Below the pieces are notes generated by a model. The model was not told where the DNA came from and searched no databases. It saw only the letters and a program-made list of their open reading frames with translations. A program made the position numbers and the translations under genes. Positions 49,304 to 59,033 of a stretch of DNA of 64,000 nt are shown piece after piece. This stretch comes from an uncultured Gemmatimonadales bacterium (GTDB lineage Bacteria; Gemmatimonadota; Gemmatimonadetes; Gemmatimonadales; GWC2-71-9): NCBI GenBank assembly GCA_963825055.1, contig CAWGSK010000015.1, forward strand, positions 103,942 through 167,941. The letters run 5' to 3'. Every line of letters starts with the position of its first letter. Position 1 is the first letter of the stretch.

Positions 49304-50250
49304 CCGGCCCGTGCCAGCCGGCGGGCGATGGCCGTGATGGTGAGCGGCGCCGAGCCCTCCGCCCGGTTGTTCACGATCACCCAGGCAGGAATGCGCATCT
49401 CGAGCGCGCGGTCGATCAGGCGGACCAGGTCATGCCTGAGTTCCGGATTCCGCTCGCGGATCCGGTCGTACGGGGCGAACCGCTCGACCGCCTGCTGGTA
49501 GGCACGCCCCGGCCGGAGCAGCGCCCGGCAGACGATGAAGGGCGCCGTGACCGACTCGGGCAGGTCAAGCTGATCGCCGATGGAGGGCATCCTGGTCCAG
49601 GAATTGAAGACGTGCCCCACGCCGTGCAGGCGCAGGACCGCGAAGTACGGCGGCGTGAGGAAGTCCGGATTCCGGACCTCGACCGCATACGGAACGTCGG
49701 ACGGGAGCTTCGTGAAGAAGTCGTCCAGCCGGTCGGCGAAGTGCTGCGCGGTGAACGTGCGGCGACGGATGGCCTGGAACTCGAAGACGAACGGCCCCAT
49801 GTGGTCTGCGAAATATTCGCGGTAGGGGTCGAGTACCTCGCGCTGGAACAGCTCCGCATTCAGGAAGTCAGGATTCTCCTCGCCCGCCAGCGCCGGCTGG
49901 CGCGCTTTCGCGTGGGTGTGCACCGTGACCTGGTCCCAGACCTTGCTCACACAGGGGAAGCCGGCCGGCAGGGCTTCGGCATAGGCGCGGAGCGTCTTCG
50001 GCTCCGGCGGAGCGTAGAAGCTCGAGTCGATGCCGACAGTTCGGAAGAGCGGGAACCTGGCGTACTCCTCCAGCATCCGCGCGCTCGCGCCGCTCTTCGG
50101 GTACTTCCGCTGGTAGACCAGGCCCTGCCAGCCGGGGTAGGTCCAGGTAGAGGTCCCGAGGCGGATCAGGGCAGGAAGGGCTGACGCGAGATGCTCGAGT
50201 TCCCCCGGGTCAGGCGTCTCGTCTTCCCGGCGTGCCTCTTCCTCGCTCAC
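49300..50250 (-). CDS. DUF72 (YecE) family protein
   Basis: IRLGTSTW.Y..W, IDSSFY, AVEVR, VNN..EG.A; GTG start overlapping upstream stop. Confidence 0.9.
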   Translation of the reverse strand: MSEEEARREDETPDPGELEHLASALPALIRLGTSTWTYPGWQGLVYQRKYPKSGASARMLEEYARFPLFRTVGIDSSFYAPPEPKTLRAYAEALPAGFPCVSKVWDQVTVHTHAKARQPALAGEENPDFLNAELFQREVLDPYREYFADHMGPFVFEFQAIRRRTFTAQHFADRLDDFFTKLPSDVPYAVEVRNPDFLTPPYFAVLRLHGVGHVFNSWTRMPSIGDQLDLPESVTAPFIVCRALLRPGRAYQQAVERFAPYDRIRERNPELRHDLVRLIDRALEMRIPAWVIVNNRAEGSAPLTITAIARRLARAG

Positions 50251-51386
50251 GGCGCGCCCGCGACCCGGTATACCGCGCCGCTGCTCACCAGGATGTACAT
50301 CTCGCCTGCCGCATCCTCGCCGAAGCTCGTGATGGCACCGCCCGGCGTGAGCTCGGGCCAGGCACGCCGGTCGGTTGCCTGCCCCCCGGCCATGGTGAAG
50401 CTCCGGACCCAGCCGCTGCAGTAGTCGGCGTAGAAATACCGGCCGACCAGGTCCGGCGCCGCGGATCCGCGGTAGACATAGCCACCGGTCACCGAACAAC
50501 CCTCGTCATGTCCATAGTCCAGCACCGGGAGGGTCAGGCCGGCCTGGTTGCAGGTACCCCCGAAGCAGGTGGTGCCCTCCATGATACTCCAGCCGTAGTT
50601 GGCACCGCCTCCGGTTCCGGCAGCCGCGAAATCCACCTCTTCCCGGGCGTCCTGGCCCACGTCGGCGATATAGAGGTCTCCCGTCGAACGGTCGAACGAG
50701 AAGCGCCACGGGTTCCGGAGGCCGTAGTTCCAGATCTCCGCGCGGAGTCCGGTGCTGTCCGCGAACGGGTTGTCGGCTGGTATCGCGTACGGCGGCCCCC
50801 CGTTCACGTCGAGGCGGAGCAGCTTTCCGAGCAGGACGGTCCGATTCTGCCCGTTGTCTGCCGGATCGCCGGCGGAGCCACCGTCGCCCAGGCCGATGTA
50901 CAGATAGCCATCCGGCCCGAACTGGAGGCCGCCGCCGTTGTGATTGGAGTACGGCTGCGCCACGGTGAGGAGCGTGTCCGCGCTGGCCGGGTCGGCCCGG
51001 TCCGGGTCAGAGGAGACCCGGAATGCGACGATGCGCGTGGTGCCGTTTCCGTCGGTGAAGTTCACCACGAACCGTCCATTCGCGGCGTAGTCCGGATCGA
51101 AGGCCAGGCCGAGCAGGCCCTGCTCCTGGCCCCGACTGACCTGTCCGGAAACATCGAGGAAGGGAGCGGAAACCACGCTCCCGTTTCGGACGATGCGGAT
51201 GGTGCCGGTCTTCTCCACTACGAAGATCCTGCCGGTGTCCCCCGGCGGCGCGGCCAGGTCCACTGGAAAGGACAACCCCGTGGCGACCGTGATGAGGCGT
51301 GGGCCCGGGGGGCCGTCCGGCGCACCCGAGTTGCCACAGGCCGTGAGCACGGCCACGACCGACATTACCCGAAGGGCGGCGCTCAT
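50247..51386 (-). CDS. PQQ-dependent sugar dehydrogenase (GSDH) lipoprotein
   Basis: EQGLLGLAF.P, NHNGG..FGPDG.LY, GLRNPWRFSFD. Confidence 0.92.
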   Translation of the reverse strand: MSAALRVMSVVAVLTACGNSGAPDGPPGPRLITVATGLSFPVDLAAPPGDTGRIFVVEKTGTIRIVRNGSVVSAPFLDVSGQVSRGQEQGLLGLAFDPDYAANGRFVVNFTDGNGTTRIVAFRVSSDPDRADPASADTLLTVAQPYSNHNGGGLQFGPDGYLYIGLGDGGSAGDPADNGQNRTVLLGKLLRLDVNGGPPYAIPADNPFADSTGLRAEIWNYGLRNPWRFSFDRSTGDLYIADVGQDAREEVDFAAAGTGGGANYGWSIMEGTTCFGGTCNQAGLTLPVLDYGHDEGCSVTGGYVYRGSAAPDLVGRYFYADYCSGWVRSFTMAGGQATDRRAWPELTPGGAITSFGEDAAGEMYILVSSGAVYRVAGAP

Positions 51387-51913
51387 CGGTGCTCCACGTG
51401 CTCTGGCGTTATGTCCTCGCCGAAATGCCGGCCCAGGGCGGTCAGCATGCGGTCAACGGTGCGATGTTCCCCCATTACTCGTGTCATCACGCGGAAGGCG
51501 GGGTTTCCCACCCAGCCGTCTTCCGTGACAGTCACCCTCGTCCCGTTCGGGGTGGCAGCCAGCGTGTAGGTCCAGTCTCCGCCAAAATGCGCATCCGGCG
51601 TTTCCACGATATGGGTAACGAGCTCGGCGGGAGGATGGGACGACACGATCTCGAACGGCATCTCGAAGCCTCCAGTCCAGTACATCCATCGCTCGCCGGT
51701 ATCCGCCGGCATCCGGCGCACCGAGTCCACGTCGGTCCAGTACGTGGCCACGGCCTCCGGGTTCCGGATCAGCGTCCAGATGGTGTCCGGCTGCTGGTGG
51801 AGCAGGATCGTGCTGGTGGCACGATGCGTTCGCGGGAGCAGGGAGCCGCCCAGGAACACGATGACGGCCAGAGCCAGCAGGACGAGAACGGTGCCGATGA
51901 GGAAGCGCTTCAT
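51383..51913 (-). CDS. SRPBCC (START-like) family protein with N-terminal TM
   Basis: G.WTY.L....GTRVTVTE pattern; hydrophobic N-terminus. Confidence 0.82.
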   Translation of the reverse strand: MKRFLIGTVLVLLALAVIVFLGGSLLPRTHRATSTILLHQQPDTIWTLIRNPEAVATYWTDVDSVRRMPADTGERWMYWTGGFEMPFEIVSSHPPAELVTHIVETPDAHFGGDWTYTLAATPNGTRVTVTEDGWVGNPAFRVMTRVMGEHRTVDRMLTALGRHFGEDITPEHVEHR

Positions 51914-51953
51914 GGGGGGCCCGGGTAGGTAGTGGATGAAGGTTAGGAGGGGA

Positions 51954-52070
51954 GGGGCAAGTGGCAAGTGGCAAGTGGCAAGTGGCAAGTAGGTATTGGG
52001 CAACGAGCCGTCGCGAAGATACTCACCGCCCATGCACTACTCACTACTCGCTATTCGCTCCTCGCTCCTC
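51954..52070. repeat. GTGGCAA x4-5 then C-rich CTACTCA/CTCGCTC heptamers
   Basis: Directly visible; the C-rich arm includes the dnaE2 stop codon. Confidence 0.9.
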
Positions 52071-55000
52071 TTCCCATCCTCTCCAGCCGTTCCAGATGGG
52101 TCACCGTCACCGTCACGGCGCCGAATTCCTCTTCCACCTTCCCCCGGAAGACGAACGGGCCCTGGTCGAACAACACGTGGGCCCGGCGACGATAGGTGTC
52201 CGGAAAGAGCACGGCCTCGATCAGGCCATGGCCGTCATCGAAGGTGACGAACTCCATCGGCTCGTCCTTCTTCGTGTGCACCGGCTTGGCGGTGGTGAGC
52301 ATGCCGGCCAGCAGGACACTCTTGCCCACGTGATCGTGGAGGGCGGTGCTGGGACACAACCGGAAGCGGCGGAGGTGATTCCGGTAGAGCGTCATCGGGT
52401 GGACATCGGTACTGAAGCCCAGTGCCGCGTACTCCTCCTGCCGCCGCCGCTCGGCGGTGTACTCGCGGAGGTGGGGTGGGCGGACCGGCGGGACCTCGAG
52501 TACTGCCGCCTGGGTCCCGCCATCGCGGCGGGTGGTCCGGTCGTCCGCCTCCCACAGCATCATCGGGCGGGTCCGGTCAACGGCAACACTGTCGAGGGCG
52601 CCCACCTTGATCAGGGTGCGGAGGTCGTCAGGCGCCAGGCCGGTGCGGCGGCGCAGGTCGGCGGTGCTGGTAAAGGGCCGGCTGCCCGGCGCGGGCTCCT
52701 CCGGCCGGTCGGGACGCGGTGACGGGCCTCGCGCATCGAGGATGCGCTCGGCGGCTTCGTGGGAAAGCCCCTTGATGAACTGCAGGCCGATCCGGAGCGT
52801 GCCGCCGTGGCCGGCGCAGCGGAATTCGCTGGCATTGACGTCCGGCGGCCGGACGGTGAGGCCCGCGCGCTGCGCCTCCGCCACGTAGGTGAACGGGTGA
52901 TAGAACCCGCCACCGTTGGCGAGCACGGCGGCAAAGAACTCCGCCGGGTAATGGGCCCGGAGCCAGCAGCTCCGCTGCGCCACCTGGATGTAGGAACAGG
53001 AGTGGCCCTTGCAGAAGCTGTAGCCCGCGAACGACATGACCATCGCCCACACGCGCTTGATCACTTCGGGGTCCCGCCCCAGCGCCAGGGCACCGTGGAA
53101 AAATTCCTCCGCGTAGGCCGCGAGCTGCTTGTACGGACGCTTCTTGGAGAGGGCCTTGCGGAGGCCGTCACCGGTGGCGAGCGGCATCCCGGCGAAGGTG
53201 GCGCACACGTTCACCACGTCCTCCTGGTAGACCATGATGCCGAAGGTTTCGCTCAGGGTGTCCCGCAGTACCGGGTCGAGCGGTTCCCAGGGCGCACCGT
53301 GCAGCCGCTCGAGGTACACCCGGATGTACTCGTTGGATGCCGGCCGGATGATGCTCGTGTTGAGCACCAGTAGCTCGTAGGACTCGGCGCGGCTCTTCTG
53401 GCAGAGCAGGCGCGAAGCGGGTGACTCGGTATAGAAGACCCCCATCGTGCGCCCGGTCCGGAAGTGCTCACGGGTGAGTTCGTCCTGGCCAGCCTCGTCC
53501 GAGGTGTAGTCGATCCGCCGGCCCGTGTGCACCCGCACCGCCTCGATCGCATCGCGAATGACCGCGAGCGACCGGTTGCCCAGCAGGTCGATCTTGACCA
53601 GCCCCGCATCCTCGGCGCCGTCTTTCTCGAACTGGATGACCGGCACGGTGACGTCGGGCGCGTCGTCCAGCACCTTCACGGCGGGCTGGGTGGGCACGTA
53701 CCGGGTCAGCGCGTCCGGTACGATCACGACGCCACCCGGATGGAGCGAGAGATGACGGGGAATGCCCACCAGCGGCTCCGCCAGCCGGGCGTATTGCTGC
53801 CAGACGTCCGGCAGTTGGAGTGCCTGGAAGTTGGGATGTGTCGCGAACAGGTTGACGAAAGAGTCATTCCCGTCGTACCAGGGGATCCGCCGGGTGACCT
53901 CGCGGATCTCGCCAGCCGGCCGGCCGTGCACCTTGGCGACCTCCCGCATGGCGCCCCGGAGCCGGAAGCAGTTGTGGTTGGCGACCATCGCCGAGCGCGG
54001 ATGCGGATAGCGGCGGAAAACGTAGGCGAGGATCCGGTCGCGCTCGTCCCAGGGGAAGTCGAGGTCGATGTCGGGTGGGTCGCGACGCTCGGGATTGAGG
54101 AACCGCTCGAAGAGCAGCCCGGCACCCAGCGGCTCGACATGCGTAATGCCGAGGCAGTAGCTCACCACCGAGTTGGCAACGGAGCCACGGCCACAATGGG
54201 TCGGGCCGTGCTGGACGATGTCGTGCACCACCAGGAAATAGTCGGCGAAGCCCTTGAGGTCGATTACCGCCAGCTCATGCTCGATCCGCTCCCGCGTGAT
54301 CGGCGCGACTGTGCCGTAGCGACGTTCGGCGCCGGTGTAGGCCAGGGCGCGGAGCCGGTGCATGGCGTCGTCATGGGTGGTGATGCGCGGGGGCACGATC
54401 CGTCCAATCGGGATCCGGTAGCGGCAGCGGTCGGCGATTTCTTCCGTCCGCGTGATGGCCTCCGGGCAGTCGGGGAAGTGGCGCGCGATGTCGGGCGCCG
54501 GGCGCAGCCATGCCTCCCGCGCGGCGAGCATGTCCGGCCGGACGGCGGAGATGGCCATGTTTCCCGCGATCGCCACCAGCAGGCGGTGGCGCGCCCAGTC
54601 CTCCGGGTGCGCGGCGACGACGTTGTTGGTCGCTACGGACGGAATGCACAGCCGGCGCGCCCGGGCCAGGACCTCGTGCCGGGCACGCCCCGGAATCAGC
54701 TCGGCGTAGAGATCGTCCGGCCCGCTCAGGCGGAGGACCCGCTCCAGGAAGTCGATGTCTGATGAAACGAGAATGAGCCCCCGCCGGTCGGTCGCGAGCT
54801 GCGCTGACAGCACCAGGTCCGGGTTCCAGTGAATGGCGGTGATCGCGCGGCAGAGGGAGGCCCAGCCGTCATCGTTCGTGGCGAGGGCGAGGGTCTGCTG
54901 GCCGTTCGCCACCAGGTGTGCCCCGTGGATCGGCCGCACCCCCGCCGCCTCCGCTGCCTGCTGGAACTCCACCGCGCCATACACCCCGTTTGTGTCGGTG

Positions 55001-55107
55001 CAGGCCAGCGCCCCGAACCCGCGCTCCCCCGCCGCCTGCACCAGGGCCTCGGGGCTCGAGGCTCCGTACCCGAAGGAAAAGTGGGAGTGGGTGTGGAGGT
55101 GGATCAT
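52051..55107 (-). CDS. dnaE2: Error-prone DNA polymerase III alpha (DnaE2/ImuC-like)
   Basis: PHP HLHTHS.FS, GRGS.ANS, FERFL..ER..PDIDLDF, HPGG, KIDLLG, YQE, YSFCK.H, OB fold; short length and nearby ImuB-like gene. Confidence 0.85.
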   Translation of the reverse strand: MIHLHTHSHFSFGYGASSPEALVQAAGERGFGALACTDTNGVYGAVEFQQAAEAAGVRPIHGAHLVANGQQTLALATNDDGWASLCRAITAIHWNPDLVLSAQLATDRRGLILVSSDIDFLERVLRLSGPDDLYAELIPGRARHEVLARARRLCIPSVATNNVVAAHPEDWARHRLLVAIAGNMAISAVRPDMLAAREAWLRPAPDIARHFPDCPEAITRTEEIADRCRYRIPIGRIVPPRITTHDDAMHRLRALAYTGAERRYGTVAPITRERIEHELAVIDLKGFADYFLVVHDIVQHGPTHCGRGSVANSVVSYCLGITHVEPLGAGLLFERFLNPERRDPPDIDLDFPWDERDRILAYVFRRYPHPRSAMVANHNCFRLRGAMREVAKVHGRPAGEIREVTRRIPWYDGNDSFVNLFATHPNFQALQLPDVWQQYARLAEPLVGIPRHLSLHPGGVVIVPDALTRYVPTQPAVKVLDDAPDVTVPVIQFEKDGAEDAGLVKIDLLGNRSLAVIRDAIEAVRVHTGRRIDYTSDEAGQDELTREHFRTGRTMGVFYTESPASRLLCQKSRAESYELLVLNTSIIRPASNEYIRVYLERLHGAPWEPLDPVLRDTLSETFGIMVYQEDVVNVCATFAGMPLATGDGLRKALSKKRPYKQLAAYAEEFFHGALALGRDPEVIKRVWAMVMSFAGYSFCKGHSCSYIQVAQRSCWLRAHYPAEFFAAVLANGGGFYHPFTYVAEAQRAGLTVRPPDVNASEFRCAGHGGTLRIGLQFIKGLSHEAAERILDARGPSPRPDRPEEPAPGSRPFTSTADLRRRTGLAPDDLRTLIKVGALDSVAVDRTRPMMLWEADDRTTRRDGGTQAAVLEVPPVRPPHLREYTAERRRQEEYAALGFSTDVHPMTLYRNHLRRFRLCPSTALHDHVGKSVLLAGMLTTAKPVHTKKDEPMEFVTFDDGHGLIEAVLFPDTYRRRAHVLFDQGPFVFRGKVEEEFGAVTVTVTHLERLERMGRGARSE

Positions 55108-55110
55108 GAG

Positions 55111-55253
55111 GGTGATAGTGACTAGTGACTGGTGACTAGTGGGTAGTGAGTAGTGAGTAGTGAGCAGTGCTTGGGTGGAAGATTCCGCCCGGGAACTTCA
55201 CTGGCCTGGACGTCGGCAGTACTGAAGCACTAATCACTACTCACTATTCACTG
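55111..55253. repeat. GTGACTA/GTGAGTA heptamers and inverted TCACTAC heptamers in the dnaE2 5' region
   Basis: 55111-55168 G-rich, 55228-55253 complementary C-rich arm. Confidence 0.9.
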
Positions 55254-55255
55254 TT

Positions 55256-55302
55256 CTTCGGTCTTTCTTCGGTATTCTATGGCCATTTCTCCGGTCAGGC
55301 AA
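55256..55302 (-). promoter_or_regulatory. dnaE2 promoter with candidate SOS box
   Basis: Minus strand TTGCCT-N17-TAGAAT immediately followed by ACCGAAGAAAGACCGAAG. Confidence 0.65.
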
Positions 55303-55308
55303 GCCTTG

Positions 55309-55349
55309 TTGACGCTTTCCGGTGCAGGCCATATGGTTCATCTATGAAC
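55309..55349 (+). promoter_or_regulatory. Leaderless marR promoter with operator palindrome
   Basis: TTGACG-N17-TATGGT-N6-ATG; GTTCAT-CT-ATGAAC inverted repeat over the start. Confidence 0.65.
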
Positions 55350-55763
55350 AAAAACGTTCCGCCCGCCCGTCCCACCGTTCTGGCACTGCTGCATCTGGCG
55401 GGTCGGATCGAGGAGCGGGTGGAGAGGGCGTTGGAGGGGGAGGGGTTGTCCATGGCGCGGCTCAAGGTGCTGAACGACCTGGCCGAGTCGGGGCCGCTGC
55501 CCCTGAGTGAACTGGCGAACCGGCAGAACTGCGTCCGCTCCAACATCACCCAGCTGGTGGACAAGCTCGAGGCGGACGGGCTGGTCCAGCGTGTGGCCGA
55601 CTCCGCCGACCGGCGGAGCGTGCGCGCTCAGCTGACGGAGAAGGGTCGGGAGCGCCAGGCCCGAGGCCGGGTACGGCTCGAAGCCACGGAGGAAGAGATC
55701 ATGGGGAGCTTCTCCGAGGTGGAGCGCTCCGCACTCGGCCACCTGTTCCAGGCGCTGGGCTGA
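55344..55763 (+). CDS. MarR family transcriptional regulator
   Basis: GLS...L.VL..L, LSELA, ITQLVDKLE.DGLV.R....DRRS....LT.KG. Confidence 0.92.
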   Translation: MNKNVPPARPTVLALLHLAGRIEERVERALEGEGLSMARLKVLNDLAESGPLPLSELANRQNCVRSNITQLVDKLEADGLVQRVADSADRRSVRAQLTEKGRERQARGRVRLEATEEEIMGSFSEVERSALGHLFQALG

Positions 55764-55784
55764 TCTGCCCGCCCCGCTACATTC

Positions 55785-55857
55785 CGTTCACTGTTTCACT
55801 ACTCGCCACTTGCCACTTGCCACTTGCCACTCGCCACTCGTCACTCGCCACTTGCCG
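55785..55857. repeat. C-rich heptamer array (TTGCCAC/TCGCCAC)
   Basis: About 8 units; reverse complement of the GTGGCAA arrays. Confidence 0.9.
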
Positions 55858-55880
55858 CCCACACTTCACCGGTCCCATCC

Positions 55881-57713
55881 ATGCCCACCCGTCTTTCCGT
55901 CCTGTCCATCGCTTCACTTGCCTTCCTCGCGGTTCCACTCGCGGCTCAGGTCTCCTACGACGTGTCGTTCCCGAACGCAGTACATCACGAGGCCGCGATC
56001 ACCGTAACGGCGACGGGGCTCAAGGGCCCCGCCGAGTTCCGGATGAGCCGGTCGTCACCGGGGCGGTATGCCGTTCACGAGTTCGCCAAGAACGTGTATG
56101 CCGTGAAGGCAGTAGACGGGAAGGGAAAGGCGCTCGCCGTCACCCGGCCGGACCCGTACCAGTGGAACGTGACCGGGCATGACGGGACGGTGTCCCTGAC
56201 CTACACGCTCTTTGCCGACCGGGCCGGCGGAACCTACTCCCAGGTGGACCCGACCCACGCGCACCTCAACATGCCGGCCACGTTCATGTGGGTCCGTGGG
56301 ATGGATGACGCGAACATCAGGATCGCCTTCCACCCCGCGGCAGGCTCGAAGTGGGCGGCTGCCACCCAACTGGTGCCGGCCGGCGCGCCGATGACCTTCA
56401 CCGCCCCTGGCCTGCAGTACTTCATGGACAGCCCTACCGAGCTTTCCAACCACGCCGTCCGGCAGTGGACGGTACACAGCGCCGGTCGGACCGACACCAT
56501 CCGGCTTGCCGTGCACCATGACGGGACGGACTCGGCGGTTACCGCATACGCCGAGATGGCAAAGAAGGTGGTTGCCCAGGAGGTTGCGATCTACGGAGAG
56601 ACCGCGCGGTATGATCACGGCCTCTACACCTTCATCGCGGACTACCTCCCGTGGGCTTCGGGCGACGGCATGGAACACCGGAACTCCACCATCATCTCCA
56701 GCTCGAGCTCGCTGGAGAAGAACGCCATGGGCCTCCTGGGGACCCTGGCGCACGAGTTCTTCCATTCATGGAACATCGAGCGGATCCGGCCGAAGGGCAT
56801 CGAGCCCTTCGACTTCACCCGCGCCAACATGTCGGACGCGCTCTGGTTCGGCGAGGGCTTCACCAGCTATTTCGGTCCGCTGGCCATTCGCCGGGCCGGG
56901 CTCCAGCCGGTGGAGAGCTACGCCCACGGACTGTCGGGCAGCGTCAGCTTCGTGATCAACTCCCCGGCGCGCGCCCTCTTCACCCCGATGGAGATGAGCA
57001 TGCAGGCGCCGTTCGTGGATGCCGCCACCTCCATTGATCCCACGAACTTCGGCAACACCTTCATCAGCTATTACACCTGGGGGTCGGTCATTGGCCTCGG
57101 GCTCGATCTCACCCTGCGCGAGAAGTTCCACAAGCCGCTCGACGGCTTCATGCGGCTCATGTGGCAGAAGTACGGCGTGACCGAGAAGCCATACACCGTG
57201 GACGATCTTCAGGCCACGCTCGCGGAGTACACAGGGGATGCCGCCTTTGCGAAGGACTTCTTCGCGAAATACGTACGGGGACACGACGTGGTGGACTACA
57301 AGGCCCTTCTCGCCAACGCCGGTTTCCTCCTTCGCCCGTCGAACCCCGGCAAGGCGTTCCTCGGCCTCGTCCAGCTCGACTTCGCCGATTCCTCCGCGAC
57401 GATCGAGTCCTACACCCAGAAGGGATCACCCCTGTACGATGCCGGACTGGACAAGGGCGACCGGGTCCTGAGTGTCGGCGGGCATGCGCTCGCCTCCGAC
57501 GGTGACTGGCAGGCGATCAAGACCGCCGGCAGCCCCGGTGCGACTGCAGACGTGACCTACATCCAGCGCGGCGCGCGCAAGACCGGGAAGCTCACCTTTG
57601 CGGACGACCCGCGGGTCGAGATCGTGACCTATGAGGAGGCGGGAATGCCGATGACGGACAAGATGAAGGCGTTCAGGAAGGCGTGGATCGGAGACGTGGC
57701 AAGTGGTGAGTAG
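55881..57713 (+). CDS. M61 glycyl aminopeptidase with PDZ domain
   Basis: DGMEH.NS, AHEFFHSWN..R.RP, LWFGEGFTSY, SYY..G, C-terminal PDZ. Confidence 0.93.
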   Translation: MPTRLSVLSIASLAFLAVPLAAQVSYDVSFPNAVHHEAAITVTATGLKGPAEFRMSRSSPGRYAVHEFAKNVYAVKAVDGKGKALAVTRPDPYQWNVTGHDGTVSLTYTLFADRAGGTYSQVDPTHAHLNMPATFMWVRGMDDANIRIAFHPAAGSKWAAATQLVPAGAPMTFTAPGLQYFMDSPTELSNHAVRQWTVHSAGRTDTIRLAVHHDGTDSAVTAYAEMAKKVVAQEVAIYGETARYDHGLYTFIADYLPWASGDGMEHRNSTIISSSSSLEKNAMGLLGTLAHEFFHSWNIERIRPKGIEPFDFTRANMSDALWFGEGFTSYFGPLAIRRAGLQPVESYAHGLSGSVSFVINSPARALFTPMEMSMQAPFVDAATSIDPTNFGNTFISYYTWGSVIGLGLDLTLREKFHKPLDGFMRLMWQKYGVTEKPYTVDDLQATLAEYTGDAAFAKDFFAKYVRGHDVVDYKALLANAGFLLRPSNPGKAFLGLVQLDFADSSATIESYTQKGSPLYDAGLDKGDRVLSVGGHALASDGDWQAIKTAGSPGATADVTYIQRGARKTGKLTFADDPRVEIVTYEEAGMPMTDKMKAFRKAWIGDVASGE

Positions 57714-57830
57714 CAAGTGGCAAGTAGCGAGTGACGAGTGACGAGTAGCGAGTGGGTCGTACAGCAATCCACTTGCCACTCGCCACTTGCCCCTGCCCCT
57801 GCCCTTTTTCCCCATTCCCTGTTCCCTTCC
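57696..57830. repeat. G-rich (GTGGCAA/GCGAGTA) then C-rich (TTGCCAC/CCCCTGC) arrays
   Basis: The G-rich arm supplies the M61 stop codon. Confidence 0.9.
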
Positions 57831-57832
57831 CC

Positions 57833-58806
57833 ATGAGAGCAGCTACCTACTCGGACGGACACATTCTCTTCCAGGACCGGCCGGCCCCGGACCTCGATCG
57901 GGAACAGGTCTTCGTTCGCGTGCATGCGGCCGGCCTCAACCGCGCGGACCTGATCCAGCGACAGGGACATTATCCGGCACCGCCGGGGTGGCCGCCCGAT
58001 ATTCCAGGGCTCGAGTACGCGGGCATCGTCGAGCGGACCGGCCCGGGCGTGACCCGCTGGAAGCCAGGCGACCGGGTGATGGGGCTGGTGGGTGGGGGGG
58101 CGCACGCAGAGTACGTCGCCGTCCACCAGGACGAGGCGATGCAGATACCGGAAGGCCTGACCTTCGAGCTCGCTGCCGCGATCGCCGAGGCATACCTGAC
58201 TGCGTGGGATGCGCTGGTCGCGCGCGGTCGCCTGGTTCGCGGTGAGCGGGTGTTGGTCCATGCGGTGACCGGAGGAGTCGGTGTCGCGGCGGTGCAGATC
58301 GCGCATCACCTCGGTGCGACGGTCCTCGGTACCTCGCGAAGCGCCGAGCGGCTCGCCAGGCTCACCCCGCTTGGCCTGGATCAGGGCATCGTCGTCACCC
58401 GGGATCATGGCTTCCGTGAGCAGGTAGAGCCGGTGGACGTCATTATCGACGCCCTTGGCGGCCCGGCGTTCGCCGACAACCTCGCCATCCTCAATCCGCT
58501 GGGCCGCCTGGTTCTCCTCGGCTTTCTGCAGGGACCCGAGGGTCACGGCCCATCTGGACCTGAGTCCGATCCTCCGCGAAACGCCTCACCGTCGTCGGCA
58601 CCGTCATGCGCTCGCGCACGCTGGCGGAACGTGTGCCGCTCGTTCGTGCGTTCCGTGAGGAGATCCTGCCGTTGTTCGAGGGAACTGATCCCGTCCTTCG
58701 GCCGGTGATCGACCGGGTGTTTCCGCTTGAGGATCTGGAATCCGCCCACCGGTGGATGGAGAAGGGAGGAGCGGTGGGGAAGGTGGTGGTTCGAGATATT
58801 GCGTGA
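57833..58806 (+). pseudogene. NAD(P)H:quinone oxidoreductase (PIG3/MDR family) with two +1 frameshifts (or sequence errors)
   Basis: GLNRAD..QR.G.Y, PGLE, GGVG.AAVQ; homology continues as GPRVTAHLDLSPILR and KRLTVVGTVMRSR...GKVV only after skipping single bases near 58536 and 58578. Confidence 0.75.
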
Positions 58807-58832
58807 ACGGTGAACGGAGAGCGAAGTCGATA

Positions 58833-58857
58833 TCATCCCGAGCGGAGCGAGGGATCT
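58833..58857. repeat. REP-like palindromic element
   Basis: TCATCCCGAGCGGAGCGAGGGATCT resembles the widespread GTCATCC.GAGC..AGCGA.GGATCT extragenic repeat; single copy here. Confidence 0.6.
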
Positions 58858-59033
58858 TGCCGGCCAGTGATCGAACCCTCCAGGCCGCTCGTCGGGAGCC
58901 ATCGCTTCTCCGACCGCTCCTCACTGCAACAAGTTGTTCCTGTTCACCGCCACGCGGCTGAGGCCGCTGCTCGGCTCTCGTCGCCCGAGGGCGACGCTGC
59001 ATTGATGGGGCGCTGTTTCAGGTAGATTGGCCA

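Noticed and set aside
58530..58585. Programmed ribosomal frameshift in QOR
   Set aside because: Two separate shifts are needed and there is no canonical slippery heptamer.
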